Origin: Octopus sinensis
Taxonomy: Eukaryota
Assembly: GCF_006345805.1 (NCBI RefSeq)
Contig: NC_043000.1
Location: 159,402,001 to 159,466,000 of the forward strand
Length of the DNA: 64,000 nucleotides
Direction of reading: 5' to 3'
Positions 22,637-35,745 of this stretch are shown here, one piece after another. The notes under the pieces were generated by a model. It did no database searches, was not told the origin of the DNA, and saw only the letters and a list, made by a program, of their open reading frames with translations. The translations under genes and the position numbers were made by a program. Each line of letters begins with the position of its first letter. The first letter of the stretch is position 1.

Positions 22637-23220
22637 TTAACTTGCGGCGGTATATCCCATAGCAAAAAACAAAACAAAAACTAAACCAATCAAATAGTCA
22701 GTCTCGCTCACAATATCTCAAAGGAGATGAAAACAGTTGTAAGCAACAAAACCCTTAGTGTTTCTTGGATCTGGAGTTTCCTGTTGGAGCTTTCTATGGC
22801 ATTTGAAACAACTTTTAACTGCTACTTAACCTTTTAGACACTGGCTCATCTACGCACATCCACCACATAACTCAACTAGACCAGCACTGGTTCCATAATC
22901 AGGTACTCCAAACCCTGCTGTCGTGAAAGCAAGACTATCAAGTCTCAGTATGCAGAGCTCCGTCACATTGGAACGGGTTATAAATGAAACTTCACTTTGT
23001 TACTGACCTTACGAAGCAATACAAAACTTTCCTGTTTTAGAACAAATTTATGTTGCATTTCCTTGTTCTTGTTTGTAATGGAAGATCGGACTGGATTCAG
23101 CTAATCCATGATCAAATCTAATCCATCCTTAATCATCTTATTCATTTGGATATATAGGATTAAGCTCTCTAAATTTGTTTTTCATATTGTAATACGATAA
23201 GGGAAATATACATGTATATG

Positions 23221-23403
23221 TTTGACTACTGAAGTCAACACACTTTATTTTTTCATTCTCTCTCTGTTTCCTATTATTCCTTTCTGTTGAAGAGCGTGTG
23301 CTCGAAACATAAAAAACTTTTCCATTTTTCTCGAGTACCAAACTAATACTTTTGTTTGTTGTTCCTACACCTGTCTTCGCAATTGTTTTTTTCTATAAAT
23401 TTG

Positions 23404-23407
<4 letters not shown>
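23221..23407 (+). mobile_element. Penelope-like solo terminal repeat with degenerate hammerhead
   Basis: CUGUUGA-A-GAGC-GUGU-GCUC-GAAAC at 23284-23308; element ends AACT followed by (AT)n. Confidence 0.5.
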
Positions 23408-23439
<32 letters not shown>

Positions 23440-23640
23440 TAATATAGACACTGGTATGTATTAATTCTGCTTTCACATCATTTCTATATATTAGCAAATT
23501 TCCTAAAGTAAAGAAAGCATTTTTCAGCTAAAATAAAATCTATAGTCTGTTGGCAATTGAAGTGATTGTTCAGTTGCTGTATCGAGTTTGAGACACTTAT
23601 ATATATATATACACACACAAAAGCATACTCATATATATAT

Positions 23641-23840
23641 AATGTGACCGCGTATGTACCGTTGGCGATTTTTTTCCTCTGTCTTCCCTTCTCTGGATCT
23701 TTCCTTCTCCTGTGTTTCCGACGAAGAGCTCCGCTCGAAACGTTTAACCCTCCTTCTTTCCTGAGCGTCCAATAATACTTTATTTGTATCACGTCCTCGC
23801 GTTGTTGTGTTTTTTTGCGCTTTCTTGTTTGGATTAACTT
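23641..23840 (+). mobile_element. Penelope-like solo terminal repeat with hammerhead-like core, inserted in (TA)n
   Basis: CCGACGA-A-GAGC-UCC-GCUC-GAAACGUU at 23718-23744; TA repeats on both sides; ends AACTT(TA)n. Confidence 0.55.
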
Positions 23841-23883
<43 letters not shown>

Positions 23884-24904
23884 GTGTGTGTGTGTGTGTA
23901 CACAAAGGCATACTATACATAAATATATACACACAAACACATATACACAGACATAAATATATTTATATATATGCACACGCGAATGCACAAGTATACGGAT
24001 ATAGATACATATATGTATACACACACTCATACACACACATGCACGCATACAATGTATGCAGAAACTACAAACATGACAAATAATCTAGGTGTATCCAAAT
24101 ATATAACCATACACAAAAAATATACATTACATCAGAGAAGAAAAAAAATTAAGAAGCATCAGCTTATAAACTCACACCTTCTCAAAAGCAGATGATAAAT
24201 TTACATTTGCACAGATGATAAATTTACATAATCATTGGGCTATCCGAGACGAAATACACACAAAAAACAACAAATAAATACTAAGGTTTCCAGGCAACAA
24301 AACAGATACTCAAATATGTACTTAACTAATTCAACCTGAACGAGAAGCAGAAAAAATATGCATGGCAAATTTGAGATGCCACTATTTACTGTTGTAGTGA
24401 TCTAAATTCCAGTGATGAAGCTGCATTTCTTAGAAACAAGATCCTTCTTTATAGAAGCTTTTAAAGAATGATATATAAAAAAAGAAATAATAATTTTCAC
24501 AGAAAATACATTTACAAGTAGATGTATGCTTACGACAAACAACCTCGTAAAGCTTAATTTTTCAAATACATATACTCATACATATGCGTAAATATTTCCT
24601 TCTTATCACTTACAAGCACACATCATTGAGTTCTGTCACCCACCCTTTCTCTCTCGACCACTCTATCACCTCCATCACTGATACGCATGTGCGCTCGCAC
24701 AAGTACTCAAGTATATCACTAATGACAGGTCTTGAAGCACGAGATGAAACATTTTATATTTTTATTCAAAATTTCTCAAAAAAGGGAGTAAAATAATTAA
24801 AAAAAATATATACCGGAAACCAAGTAATCTGGGAAATATTATGGTTGTTATGTTAGCAATTTTAACTTCTTTCTTTTACACACACACACACACACACACA
24901 TACA

Positions 24905-24956
<52 letters not shown>

Positions 24957-25910
24957 CTTGTCTCATCTCTTCCCCTAACTTACGGTTCTTCCTTCAAGCT
25001 ATCATATCAAGGTCAAAGAGATATGGTTAAGAATCTATGAAATTGTTTCAGGATGATATAAGTAGTCTGAAAACAAAAGAAAGTAGAATAGAAAAAGAAG
25101 GAAAAAAGAAAAATACAAATGAATGAAAGAAGATGATGATGATGGTGATGATGACGATAATAGTGAGAGAGTAGAGGGAAATAGAGAAAAAAAATGGAAT
25201 TAGACGAAATAATGGGAAAAAAGAATAAAAAATGGAGAATAATGGGACAGTATAGAATGCTTGAAGAAAAATACAGAAAATGTAGAGAAGAGGAACGGGT
25301 GGAAAACTGAAAAAAATGCAAGAAGAAATAAATGAAAATAGGGAAGAATTACAGGACAAAACAGAACGCAAAGTGAAAGACAAATGAAGCTTTCTCAGAG
25401 ATAATTCTTCAACAAATGGAGATGTACGTGTGATGAGCGTCTATATGCATACATACAGACATATGTACACACACACACACACACACACACGGGCGTTTGT
25501 GTGTGTGTGTATGAGTGTGTATGTGTACATTTTAATTTCATCGGCAGCGACTTCGAAGTTTAACCGTGGTACTGTTTGAATTATCCAAGTCAAAGCGAAA
25601 CGTAGTAGTAATTGCCAATGTCATAGTATCACAATATCGACCAGGTGATCAGATGCTGTTATACACCGCTAGTCACAATACGTTTCCAGTTGTGTCATGA
25701 TATCATTAATTTCCATCTTGACCCAAATTGCTTAACAATATCGTCTTGACATTGTGATGGAGTCGCTCAAAGTGGGCTTTTCATATATCGTAGATACAAC
25801 TCGGGAACTGCACAGGTTCGTCTGCTGTCTGTGAAAAGTCAACACAGAAAGGGGCAAGTTGTATCATGTTCGAACGTGTTCTAGTTTAATGCTTAAACAA
25901 GGGAAAAGTC

Positions 25911-25940
25911 TTAACGTTTCTGATATGAGTGCTTCATCAG
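25911..25940 (-). ncRNA. Degenerate hammerhead core
   Basis: Minus: CUGAUGA AGCACUCAUAUCA GAAAC GUUA. Core intact; stem II and stem I decayed. Confidence 0.3.
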
Positions 25941-26074
25941 GAGGAAAGTTGGGAAGAAAAGTATAGGAAGCGTGTGAAAACGGAAATGTACTTCAGAAGG
26001 GTGGAAGAAAAATAAAAATAAAGAGGAAAGAATTAAAAAATTATATTTGTATTAAATAGAATCAAGAGAAAAGG

Positions 26075-26205
26075 AATCATGTTCTATGACTAATGGATTC
26101 ACTTGGATGTGGAATCTTCAGGCAGCGGGATTCCCAGCTCCCTATAAAAAAAATTAGTCTCTATGAAGCCTTGAACCTTGAAATACCCACAATGAAGCCC
26201 ATCCT
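26075..26205 (-). mobile_element. CR1/L2-like LINE extreme 3' coding relic
   Basis: Minus strand pieces HRD*FFYR / SW.NPLPED / SESIS resemble RRNFF.NRVV..WN.LPE.VV..ES. Confidence 0.4.
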
Positions 26206-27304
26206 GAAATTACAGTAAGTTTTCTCTTAGACATAGCTGTACATTGTGCGTTCAATTAACTACTATTGTTTCTCTCACACTCAGACAGGCACACGCGCAC
26301 ACACACACACAAGCATACACAGAATGATACTGCTCAAAATAAATTATGTTTATCTTAACGATTCCAAAGGCGAGGAAGATAGTGTTGAAGGTGACAGAAT
26401 ATCTTAAAATAGTGTGAACGTGGGATGGGTGCTTCAGATTCGGAGTTAATGAAAAATTCCGAAGAAAATTTCTCTTTCGTTTGATCTTTAATGAAGCAGT
26501 TCAGTTATTTATTTACAATGAGGTTTTATATTCTATAAATGAGAACGTGTCTGTATATGAATGCATGTGTGCGCGCACGCTTGTGTGTAGGTTTGTCTCC
26601 TTTCATTATCCCTCCATCCGATATTGTTTTCCAAAACTCTATCAAGAATCTCCAAAAATACAAGTCACGAAATAAGATTTCTGTAAAATAGACAGAAATC
26701 AGACACACACACACACACACAAACACACACACTCTCTCACACACACATACACACACAATAATGTATTCGACTCCAATCTTTGGAGTATCCTAATATGATG
26801 ATGATAGGCATGATAGTAGTGGCTAGAGTGTTGTTGGTGGTAACGAAATAGTAAACATTGATAAGTACAGCGACGGTTGTGATGATGGAATTCACCAAAT
26901 ATGGAGGCAATGTCGGTGGGACAGAAGACAACTGATTCTGGTAATGATTCCAGAAGTAAGCGTGTACGTCAGTGTGTGTACATGTGTGTGTGTGTGTGTG
27001 TGTGTGTAAGTGCATGTGTGTGTGTAAGTGAATGTGTGTGTGTATGCGTGCGAGTGTGTAAGACATGTTGTCACTTCGTCATTTCGCTGAGATCGGCGTT
27101 AGCAAATTGTCGAAACTTCAAAGTCACTGTCAATATTTCTTTAGCAAAAATAAATTTGATGCTAAGTTTGAATATATCGAATGATACTTCAATTAAAATC
27201 TGGTTGCTTCTCTTCATGGACTGTACACAAAAACATGCACATATATATATGTGAGTGTGTACAAAACATGAAAATAAAAAGCAATAGACTCCACACAATA
27301 CTAC

Positions 27305-27380
27305 CATAACATTCTCCAACTTCACATATAAAGAGAAGGAAAAGCCACACAATACCCAACAGTAATAGTAGTAGCCTCAT
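27305..27380 (-). CDS. Candidate first coding exon (signal peptide), copy 1
   Basis: MRLLLLLLGIVWLFLLFICEVGECY-g|GTAGTA (25 codons + 1 nt, phase 1); TATAAAAA 53 nt upstream. The donor is weak. Confidence 0.4.
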
Positions 27381-27432
27381 GAATGGATGGATGCAGATGA
27401 ATTACATTTCAGACAGTTATTGATATTACAGG

Positions 27433-27440
27433 TTTTTATA
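27433..27440 (-). promoter_or_regulatory. TATA box candidate
   Basis: CCTATAAAAACC on the minus strand, conserved in the paralogous copy at 29211-29218. Confidence 0.35.
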
Positions 27441-27793
27441 GGAATGTCTGTTAAGAAATCGAAGACAAAATGAACACCTAAAACTATTATTAATCCCACG
27501 GTAAATCTATGTTATTTATTGGTAGTTGAACACAGAACACGATGGAAGACGAAACAAAGTCGTTTTCGACGGAATATTAACTTCTAACAATAGGCGCAGA
27601 GCCAGAAATTCGGGTAAGAAACCAGTAAAATACATTATCACACCCCTACCCACATTACTTAACTGGAATTTTAATCGACCACAGAAGAATGAAAGTTATC
27701 ATTGATTGCAACAGGATTTGAACTCAATTAGCGCAAAATATTTTTGGGGCGTTCTAATTGTTGTACCAATGCATCAATAATAATATCAATAAT

Positions 27794-27987
27794 TGTTTCA
27801 GTCATTTGACTGCGGCCATGCTAGAGCACCGCCTTTAATCGAGCAACTGGACCCCGGGACTTATTCTTTTGTAAGCCCAGTACTTATTCTATCGGGCTCT
27901 TTTGCCGAACCGCTAAGTAACGGTGACATAAACACACCAGCATCGGTTGTCAAACAATGCTAGGGGCACAAACACACACACACGCAT

Positions 27988-28040
<53 letters not shown>

Positions 28041-28194
28041 TACGACGGGCTTCTTTCAGTTTCCGTCTACCAAATCCACTTACAAGGCTTTGGTCGGCCC
28101 GGGGCTATAGTAGAAGACACTTGCTCAAGGTGCCACGCATTGGGAGTGAACCTGGGACCTTGTGGTTGGTAAACAAGGTACTTACCACATAGCC
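27794..28194 (-). mobile_element. SINE family A
   Basis: TGTTTCAGTCATTTGACTGCGGCCATGC tail through CTTACCACATAGCC head (reverse complement). Confidence 0.9.
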
Positions 28195-29082
28195 AAATAG
28201 TATAGAAAAGATAAATGGCAAGGTTGAATTTGGCGACATATGAATTCCGAATGTGAGGAGGAGTGTGAGAAGGAAACTTGCAGATCATTCCTACCGGCGC
28301 TCTAACGACTCTGCCAATCCACTTATAACACTAATGCTAATGATTTTTTTAAAAATCTAGGCATATGCCAGCAAATTGAGGGGAGGGTAAGTCGATCTCA
28401 TCGACCTTAGTGTTTGACTCCGAAAGGATGAAAGATAGAGTTGATCTCGACGGGATTAGAACTTAGAACGAAAAAAGTCGGAAGATAAGACGGTAAGTAT
28501 TTTGTTCGATGCGCTTACAGTTTTTGTAAGTTCGAGCCTTGACGATGACAGATACAAAAAGCAGCAATTTTGGTGGGAGAGAATAAGTCAAAGTCATTCA
28601 CACTAGTACTTGACTGGTACTTTATTTTATCAACCACAGAACGATAATCTTTCTTCAATTTTTTTGAAATTACAGGCCCTTTTCATTTCCTTAAAAAGGA
28701 ATATGAAACCAATGGGGCAGCATTAATGGCTACCATGCAAATATTCTCGATTTCAGGACTGCTTTGTCTTTGATTTCGAAAATTGTCACATTTAATGACA
28801 GTACAGTCATTAATTATATCGTTCTATCTCTACAATTTTCTCCTAGTTCGTCCGTAGATCGGAAAGAGCAGGACAGATTTAGCAAGATCTTGAGGCAACG
28901 ATATTTGGTTGTAACATCTTAGTTTCTGTCATTTGATGTAACTAAAATGATCCTGGGAAAGTCCATTGGATGATGCGTAGTGGGTTTTGTGGATACTTGC
29001 TTTATTTTTTTCAACGTTCTTAAGTGGAAGTGGTCAAGGAATGTACCTCAATAAAAGATACTGTAGAAAATTGAAATGCTAC

Positions 29083-29155
29083 CATAGCATTCTCCAGCTT
29101 CGTATATAAAGAGAAGGAAAAGCCACACAATACCCAACAGTAATAGTAGTAGCAT
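29083..29155 (-). CDS. Candidate first coding exon (signal peptide), copy 2
   Basis: MLLLLLLGIVWLFLLFIYEAGECY-g|GTAGCA (24 codons + 1 nt); TATAAAAA at 29218-29211. Confidence 0.4.
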
Positions 29156-30309
29156 CGTGAATGGATGGATGTAGGCGAATTACATTTCAGACAGTTTTTG
29201 TTATTACAGGTTTTTATAGGAATGACTGATAAGAAATCGTGACGTTAAATTAGAGGCGTATGTGAAGCAATTCCAAATGGGAATCCGAAATTTGTGTCGC
29301 GGACTCGGTTCACCGAAAACATACAGTCGTAATAATCTCAAGTGTACATATGTTTTTCTTTTTCTTTTTTTTTGTCGTTCTTCCTCGCTGTCTACTATAA
29401 ATCTGGTTCTTTGTGCAGTAAAATGTAACAGATACAGTAATAGAAAAACATAAAACCTATTAAAAAACAAATAAGATAAACAACAATATGAACAACATTA
29501 ATAATAAACAAACGGGTCAAATAAATGCAAACTTGTAAAACTGAGAAAATATACAAGATTAGAGACGCTACGTTTGAAGAAATAAAAATGGTGAAGAGAG
29601 AGAGGAGAAAAAGAAGCAGAGAAAAGCATGTCGTCTCCAGTGGAGCTGGCATTAAATTAGTTGCTCATTCAATCAAACGATTGCACGAACCTGGAGAAGA
29701 TGTCTTAGCAGCCGTGACAGAACATATGTTATGTAGTAAAGCATGAACTAGATCATGTAATTACAGAGAATTCGTTCTTATTCTTAATGAATATGCAAAT
29801 CGACTTCTCTAAGAACAAATTAACAATTTGCATTTCTGCAAAAAACATTCTTTCATTCATTTCTTACATCACACACACACACACACACACGCACGCTGCT
29901 ATGGGTATTATTCTGTTCAATGAACATGATACACACACACACTCACTCTCCCCACTCTCTCTCTATCTATCTATCTATATATCTATCGCTCTTTCCGAGT
30001 CAATTTTTCTTGAATATCAACCATGTTTATGGCTACGTATTATAAGGCATTTTTACCGTTTCATCAATCAATTACTATCAAATCCCAGTAATCCAAACAT
30101 CAATTATCTGGATTCAAGATTATCCAAACAAAATAAAAAGGCTCCATAATTTTATTCAGCATGATTTCCTTTGCTTACACCCAGAGCAGTTTTCCTGTTA
30201 AAATGCCATCCACACATTTCATTCGGATAATCGGGTTCCAGGAATGAATATTGCAAAGTATTTAACCTCTGAACTACAGACAACTTTTAAGCCACAATTA
30301 ATAATTATA

Positions 30310-30700
30310 ATAATGCTTTATAATATTAACAAAAGGCCATCAAATTGGAGGGAAAATTTGATTACATCGACCCCAGTACTCAACTGGTACTTATATTATA
30401 GATTCCGAAAAGATAGAAAGCAAAGTTGGCCTCGGCAGAATTCAAACTCAGAAATTAAAGAGCTGGAGAAAATACCGCTAGATATTTTGTCTGCCGCGCT
30501 ACCGATTCTGCTAGCGCGTCGCCATAATTTGTCTCAAAGTTTGGCAAAAGGCCAACAGACTTCAAGGGAAAGGTTAGTCGAGACCATGGACCCAGGTGCT
30601 AGACTGGCACTCAGTTTAATAGATCCCGGGAAGAAGTAAGATAAATTGATTTCGGTGGAATTTGAACTCGGAAGGGAAATCCTGAAACAAATAAGGTGTG
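30310..30700 (-). mobile_element. Degenerate SINE B copies (two adjacent)
   Basis: GATTACATCGACCCCAGTACTCAACTGGTACTT...CCTCGGCAGAATTCAAACTCAG; second GTCGAGACCA...GTGGAATTTGAACTCG. Confidence 0.7.
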
Positions 30701-30929
30701 TTTTTTCAACGGTCTCACGATTCTCACAGTTTACTGATTAGGCGCAAGCCATCATATTCAAGGTGTACAGTCGATCATATCGACTCGCTCCTTAAGAAGC
30801 ACTACATTTCCTCAATTAAAGAGGATGAAAGGGCAAAGTCAATCTCGCCTGATTTGGACTCAAGATGTAAATCAGTAAAACTCTTTTCTTTCTTTCTTTA
30901 TCTCACGCACAAATATGTATGTATGCCCG

Positions 30930-31301
30930 GTGGAGGCGCAATGGCCCAGTGGTTAGGGCAGCAGACTCGCGGTCATAGGATCGCGGTTTCGATTCCCAGA
31001 CCGGGCGTTGTGAATGTTTATTGAGCGAAAACACGAGGCTCCGGCAGGGGATGGTGGTAATCCCTGCTGTACTCTTTCACCACAACTTTCTCTCACTCTT
31101 ACTTCCTGTTTCTGTTGTACCTGTATTTCAAGGGGCCGGCCTTGTCACTCTCTGTGTCACGCTGAATATCCCCAAGAACTACGTTAAGGGTACACGTGTC
31201 TGTAGAATGCTCAGCCACTTACACGTTAATTTCATGAGCAGGCTGTTCCCTTGATTCGGATCAACCGGAACCCTCGTCGTCGTAACCGACGGAGTGCTTC
31301 C
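30930..31301 (+). mobile_element. tRNA-derived SINE family D with target-site duplication
   Basis: GGAGGCGCAATGGCCCAGTGGTTAGGGCAGC...GTTTCGATTCCC head; TSD ATGTATGCCCG at 30919-30929 and 31302-31312. Confidence 0.9.
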
Positions 31302-32483
31302 ATGTATGCCCGTGTGTGTTAAACATTGTGTATATTAGTGATATGCTGGGACTTTTCACTATGTACAAAAATGTATGTACTCAATAGGGTATTATAAGGT
31401 TAATTCGTATCTTAAACCTAAATAAGTTTTTAACTTCTAATACACGTGTTTTCTGTGTATATGTCTGTGTTCGCGCATGCGCGAGTGTGTGTGTGTTCAC
31501 GTGACTATAAGTACAGATATGTATATAGATACACATATTGTATATATGTAAGTGTGCCTTTGTGTATATATTGTACATACTCATGTGCTCATATCAACAG
31601 ATTTAAATACATGCATATATGTGAGGGGTCAAACAGCTAAGAGGTGATGACGGTGGAAGAGAGATAGCTTCCGTAACGCAGCGTTCCCAATACTCTAAAC
31701 AAAATTTATTCCCGAACTACTTTTGTTTATAGTAATTGTAAATCTCATCTGGATTAAACTTCTGGCAGGCAATCTCTGTCGGAAACTGCCATAAGACCAA
31801 CGTATACATAAATGTTTACACCTTTGTAGTGATGTACGAGTGTACATTTTAGAAAATGAGAAGGAAAACTTTCAAACGTTCTGAAAAAATTGCTGTGATT
31901 ATATTTACCAAAGTAATTTGTATATTTTAAGCATCGATTTTTTTAGTTCAAACAAAATAATAATAGCTAAATATTTTCGTATGTTGTACATTTAAATACA
32001 GGATTTATGCATATTATGCCATTTTATTTATCGTGCACATCTCGTCACGACACGTGATCATGTGTTACGCTTTTAACAGTCTGTAACTACGGACTGAAAT
32101 TAAAGTCTAAAACATAATCGCCAACATAATGAGTGCTACACTTTATATATCACTAACTTTGGAAGGAAATCAAAAGCATAATCGAAAGCTATGATTTAAT
32201 GAAGTAATGTATATAAATTTATGCATCAAAACAGAAGTATGAATATTTTCACCTGGAATTTCAACGGAATAAACTAGCAGCATTGTGTAACTAGAGTTTT
32301 CTCTTTTTTCTTTTTGTCTTTGGTCAGTAAGCGTTTTCTTCTTCCTAGAAATCAAAAGAAATGGCTACTATTCCCTTTAACCATTGGTTTTGTGAGCTGG
32401 ACATCAATGTCTTGAAACTGGCCTAATTTCCATTACATTTCAGACAGACTCAGCAATGAAGTGCTGGACCAGAAATATCGTTA

Positions 32484-32650
32484 TCGCAAATATTCTGCTC
32501 CATACCACATATTTACTTGTCAGTTACTTGACCGTAACCACTTGAGAATGTCACTTAGTGGCTGATAATATGTGCATCTCTGATCATGAGCAGTAAAAGT
32601 GGAGAAGTATTATAGACATGTATTGAGAGGGATCCTTTGGGGTTTGAATA
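32484..32650 (+). mobile_element. Old internal fragment of the (TAA)n partner element
   Basis: GCAAATATTCTGCTC.ATACCACA.ATTT.CTTGTCAGTT...TTAGTGGCTGA..ATATGTGCATCTCTGATCATGAGCAG...CTTTGGGGTTTGAATA. Confidence 0.75.
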
Positions 32651-33259
32651 TATGCAACAAAATCAAAATCTAAAGTCAATATTAGCGACTTTTCATATTT
32701 TCTAGGGGTAGCAAAAAGGAAATAACAGTTACTACCTAAGGACAAAAATAGCATTATACAGTGTAATGTATTATTCCTTTCCTCTCAAAAGCGTATGTAC
32801 AGTAGTGCACTGAACACCCTGTCAACATTCTGGTATTTGTTATTCTTTATGTCAAAATCTTTGACTGATCAAGAAACCTGTGTTCATGAGGTCTAACAGT
32901 TTGCAAACATTGGTTAAATTTCTGACTAGCGTATCACTTAACTTTAAAAGACTAAATCATAATTTCTATAAAATTATCTTCCCTTCGAGAGACTTGATGT
33001 TTTCTTTCTCTAACTAATAAAGACAAATTCTGACATTTAATTTCGAAATATAATATTTTATAGACAAAGAGAAATGAAATACCTTCTAATTATTTCATGT
33101 GGTTTTAAAAAAAAAATATTTTTAAATTGCATTTTTATCAGTGCACGAAAACGGAATGGGAGCTAAATGTGAACTTATCAGAAATTCATCATGGGGCTAT
33201 GCTTAACCAACCTGAATGCCATGAAGCGTTTTCATTGCTTCTTTACACTTAGCCCCATA

Positions 33260-33312
<53 letters not shown>

Positions 33313-33384
33313 GCTTACACAGGCACGCAAATAAATATACATTTTCTTTATATAATAAATTTTCTTTTGTGTGTGTATGTGTGT

Positions 33385-33414
33385 GTGCGTGCGTGCGTGC
33401 GTGCGCGTGCGTGC

Positions 33415-33489
<75 letters not shown>

Positions 33490-33490
33490 T
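33385..33490. repeat. (CGTG)n microsatellite
   Basis: About 25 GCGT units; produces the artefact ORFs VRAC/THAR. Confidence 0.95.
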
Positions 33491-33944
33491 GTGTGTGCTT
33501 GTGCGAGAAGTGAATTTTCGCTACTCATTTAAAAGAAATATTTTTTTGCTGATATTTCACTTATATATCTTTCCGCCTATCCTCTCCGCATCCTGTAGGC
33601 ATCCAATTGCATTCTGCCAACCTAAAGAATTTATCTTAAAGCAGAGCAGTGTAGCATTAGTTTCCGTTATAAGCCTTTATCTTGGTTCGATGTAATGCAC
33701 CGGAAACAATGCGAGCACCATGAACCCTGGGTAATGTGTACAGATTCACTAGGCTGAAGTTCAGTGCAATGGATTACCATGGATATCAAAATCCTTGACG
33801 TAAGACACAACACGCATACATTATATACACACACGCACACACACAGATACACTCTCGCATACATGAATGCATTTGTCTATGCTAGACACAAAAAGTTTTT
33901 CTTTTGCACTGAAAACGAAAAGTGGGTATCACTGGTTGCTTAAT

Positions 33945-34914
33945 GCGGCGAGCTGGCAGAAACGTTAGCACGCCTGGCGAAATGCTTTGCGGTATTTCGT
34001 CTGTCGCCACGTTCTTAGTTCAAATTCCGCCGAGGTCGACTTTGCCTTTCAACCTTTCGGGATCGATAAATTAAGTAACAGTTACGCACTGGGGTCGATG
34101 TAATCGACTTAATACCTATGTCTGTCCTTGTTTGTCCCCTCTATGTTTAGCCCCTTGTAGGTAATAAAGAAATAGGTATTTCGTCTGCTGTTACGTTCTG
34201 AGTTCAAATTCCGCAGAGAGCGACTTTGCCTTTCATCCTTTCGGGATCGATAAATTAAGTACCAGTTACGCACTGGGGTCGATGTAATCGACTTGATCCG
34301 TTTGTTTGTCTGTCCTTGTTTGTCCCCTCTGTGTTCAGCTCCGTGTGGGTAGTATAGAAATAGGTATTTCGTCTGCTGATACGTTCTGAGTTCAAAATCC
34401 ACCGAGGTCGACTTTGCCTTTCATCCTTTCGGGGTCGATAAATTAAGTACTAGTTATGCACTGGGGTCGATGTAATCGACTTGATCCGTTTGTCTGTCCT
34501 TGTTTGTCCCCTCTGTGTTTAGCTCCGTGTGGGTAGTATAGAAATAGGTATTTCGTCTGCTGATACGTTCTGAGTTCAAAATCCACCGAGGTCGACTTTG
34601 CCTTTCATCCTTTCGGGGTCGATAAATTAAGTACTAGTTATGCACTGGGGTCGATGTAATCGACTTGATCCGTTTGTCTGTCCTTGTTTGTCCCCTCTGT
34701 GTTTAGCCCGGTGTGGGTAGTATAGAAATAGGTATTTCGTCTGCTGATACGTTCTGAGTTCAAATTCCACCGAGGTCGACTTTGCCTTTCATCCTTCCGG
34801 GATCGATAAATTAAGTACCAGTTACGCACTGGGGTCGATGTAATCGACTTGATCCGTTTGTCTGTCCTTGTCTGTCCCTTCTGTGTTTAGCCCCTTGTGG
34901 GTAATAAAGAAATA
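33945..34914 (+). repeat. SINE B pentamer: one head plus five 184-188-bp units
   Basis: GGTAT junctions at 33991, 34175, 34363, 34547, 34731 and 34915; flanking direct repeat GGTATCACTGGTTGCTT (33925-33941 / 34915-34931). Confidence 0.9.
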
Positions 34915-35567
34915 GGTATCACTGGTTGCTTCGTTGCTGCTTATTACAAATGGTAATTGACGGAATCCTTAGAGCATCGAACGAAATATATGATGTCGCT
35001 TAGTTGTTTCGTTTACGCTCTGAGTTCAAACCCCTCCGAAAATAACTTTACTATTTTTCTCTTCTGGTAAAGGGTACAAAGTACCGTTAAATCATGTGAT
35101 GATATAACTGAGAAAAAGTCTTTCCTCCAACATGCTATCATAACAATATAAGTTATCGTCAATGTTTCAAGTTTTCGTTCAGATCCTCGCAAAGTTGACA
35201 CGACATATATTTCCTATATCGATTAAAACAAACCTAAGTAATATACTAAGTCTCTATTTATTCCACCATGATACTCCTCTTGTTGTCTCAAGGTATAGTA
35301 ATAGATATCAAATGTGTCGTCTCGAGGTAATATAATAGATATCATCATTATAATCTACTGTATAATTTGTATAATCTACTGTTCAGCACTGTGGTGAACC
35401 GCTTCACCGATTAAGAACTAAGAGCCGAAAGAGATCCACTAGAACGAATCATTCTAGTTACATTACACAACATCAAAGTATTCAAGAATTTCGAGTACGA
35501 CCGAAATATGATTCATAAGCCAAACGTTACAAGAAACTTGAATACTGATATTTGTAAATAAGACGAC

Positions 35568-35745
35568 GGCGAGCTGGCAGAATCGTTAGAATGCAGGGCG
35601 AAATGAGTTCAAATTTCACCGAGGTCGACCTTGCCTTTCATCCTTTCGGGGTCGATAAATTAAGTATCAGTTGAGTACTGGTGTCAATGAAATCAACAAT
35701 CCCTTTCCCCCAAATTTCAGGCCTTGTACATATAGTAGAAAGGTT
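35568..35745 (+). mobile_element. SINE family B (internal deletion)
   Basis: GGCGAGCTGGCAGAATCGTTAG...GAGTTCAAATTTCACCGAGGTCGAC...CAAATTTCAGGCCTTGTACATATAGTAGAAAGG. Confidence 0.85.

Noticed and set aside
26093-26220. ATG-initiated 40-codon frame MDSLGCGIFRQRDSQLPIKK... ending at a GTAAGT donor
   Set aside because: The opposite strand reads as a decayed CR1/L2 C-terminus (FFYR..W.NPLPED), which explains the composition without a host exon.
28676-29055. Plus-strand terminal exon candidates (SSVDRKEQDRFSKILRQRYLVVTS* from 28847; GPFHFLKKEYETNG...* from 28676) with AATAAA at 29050
   Set aside because: Motif-only evidence, no homology, and such acceptors are common in AT-rich DNA. Cannot be excluded without RNA-seq.
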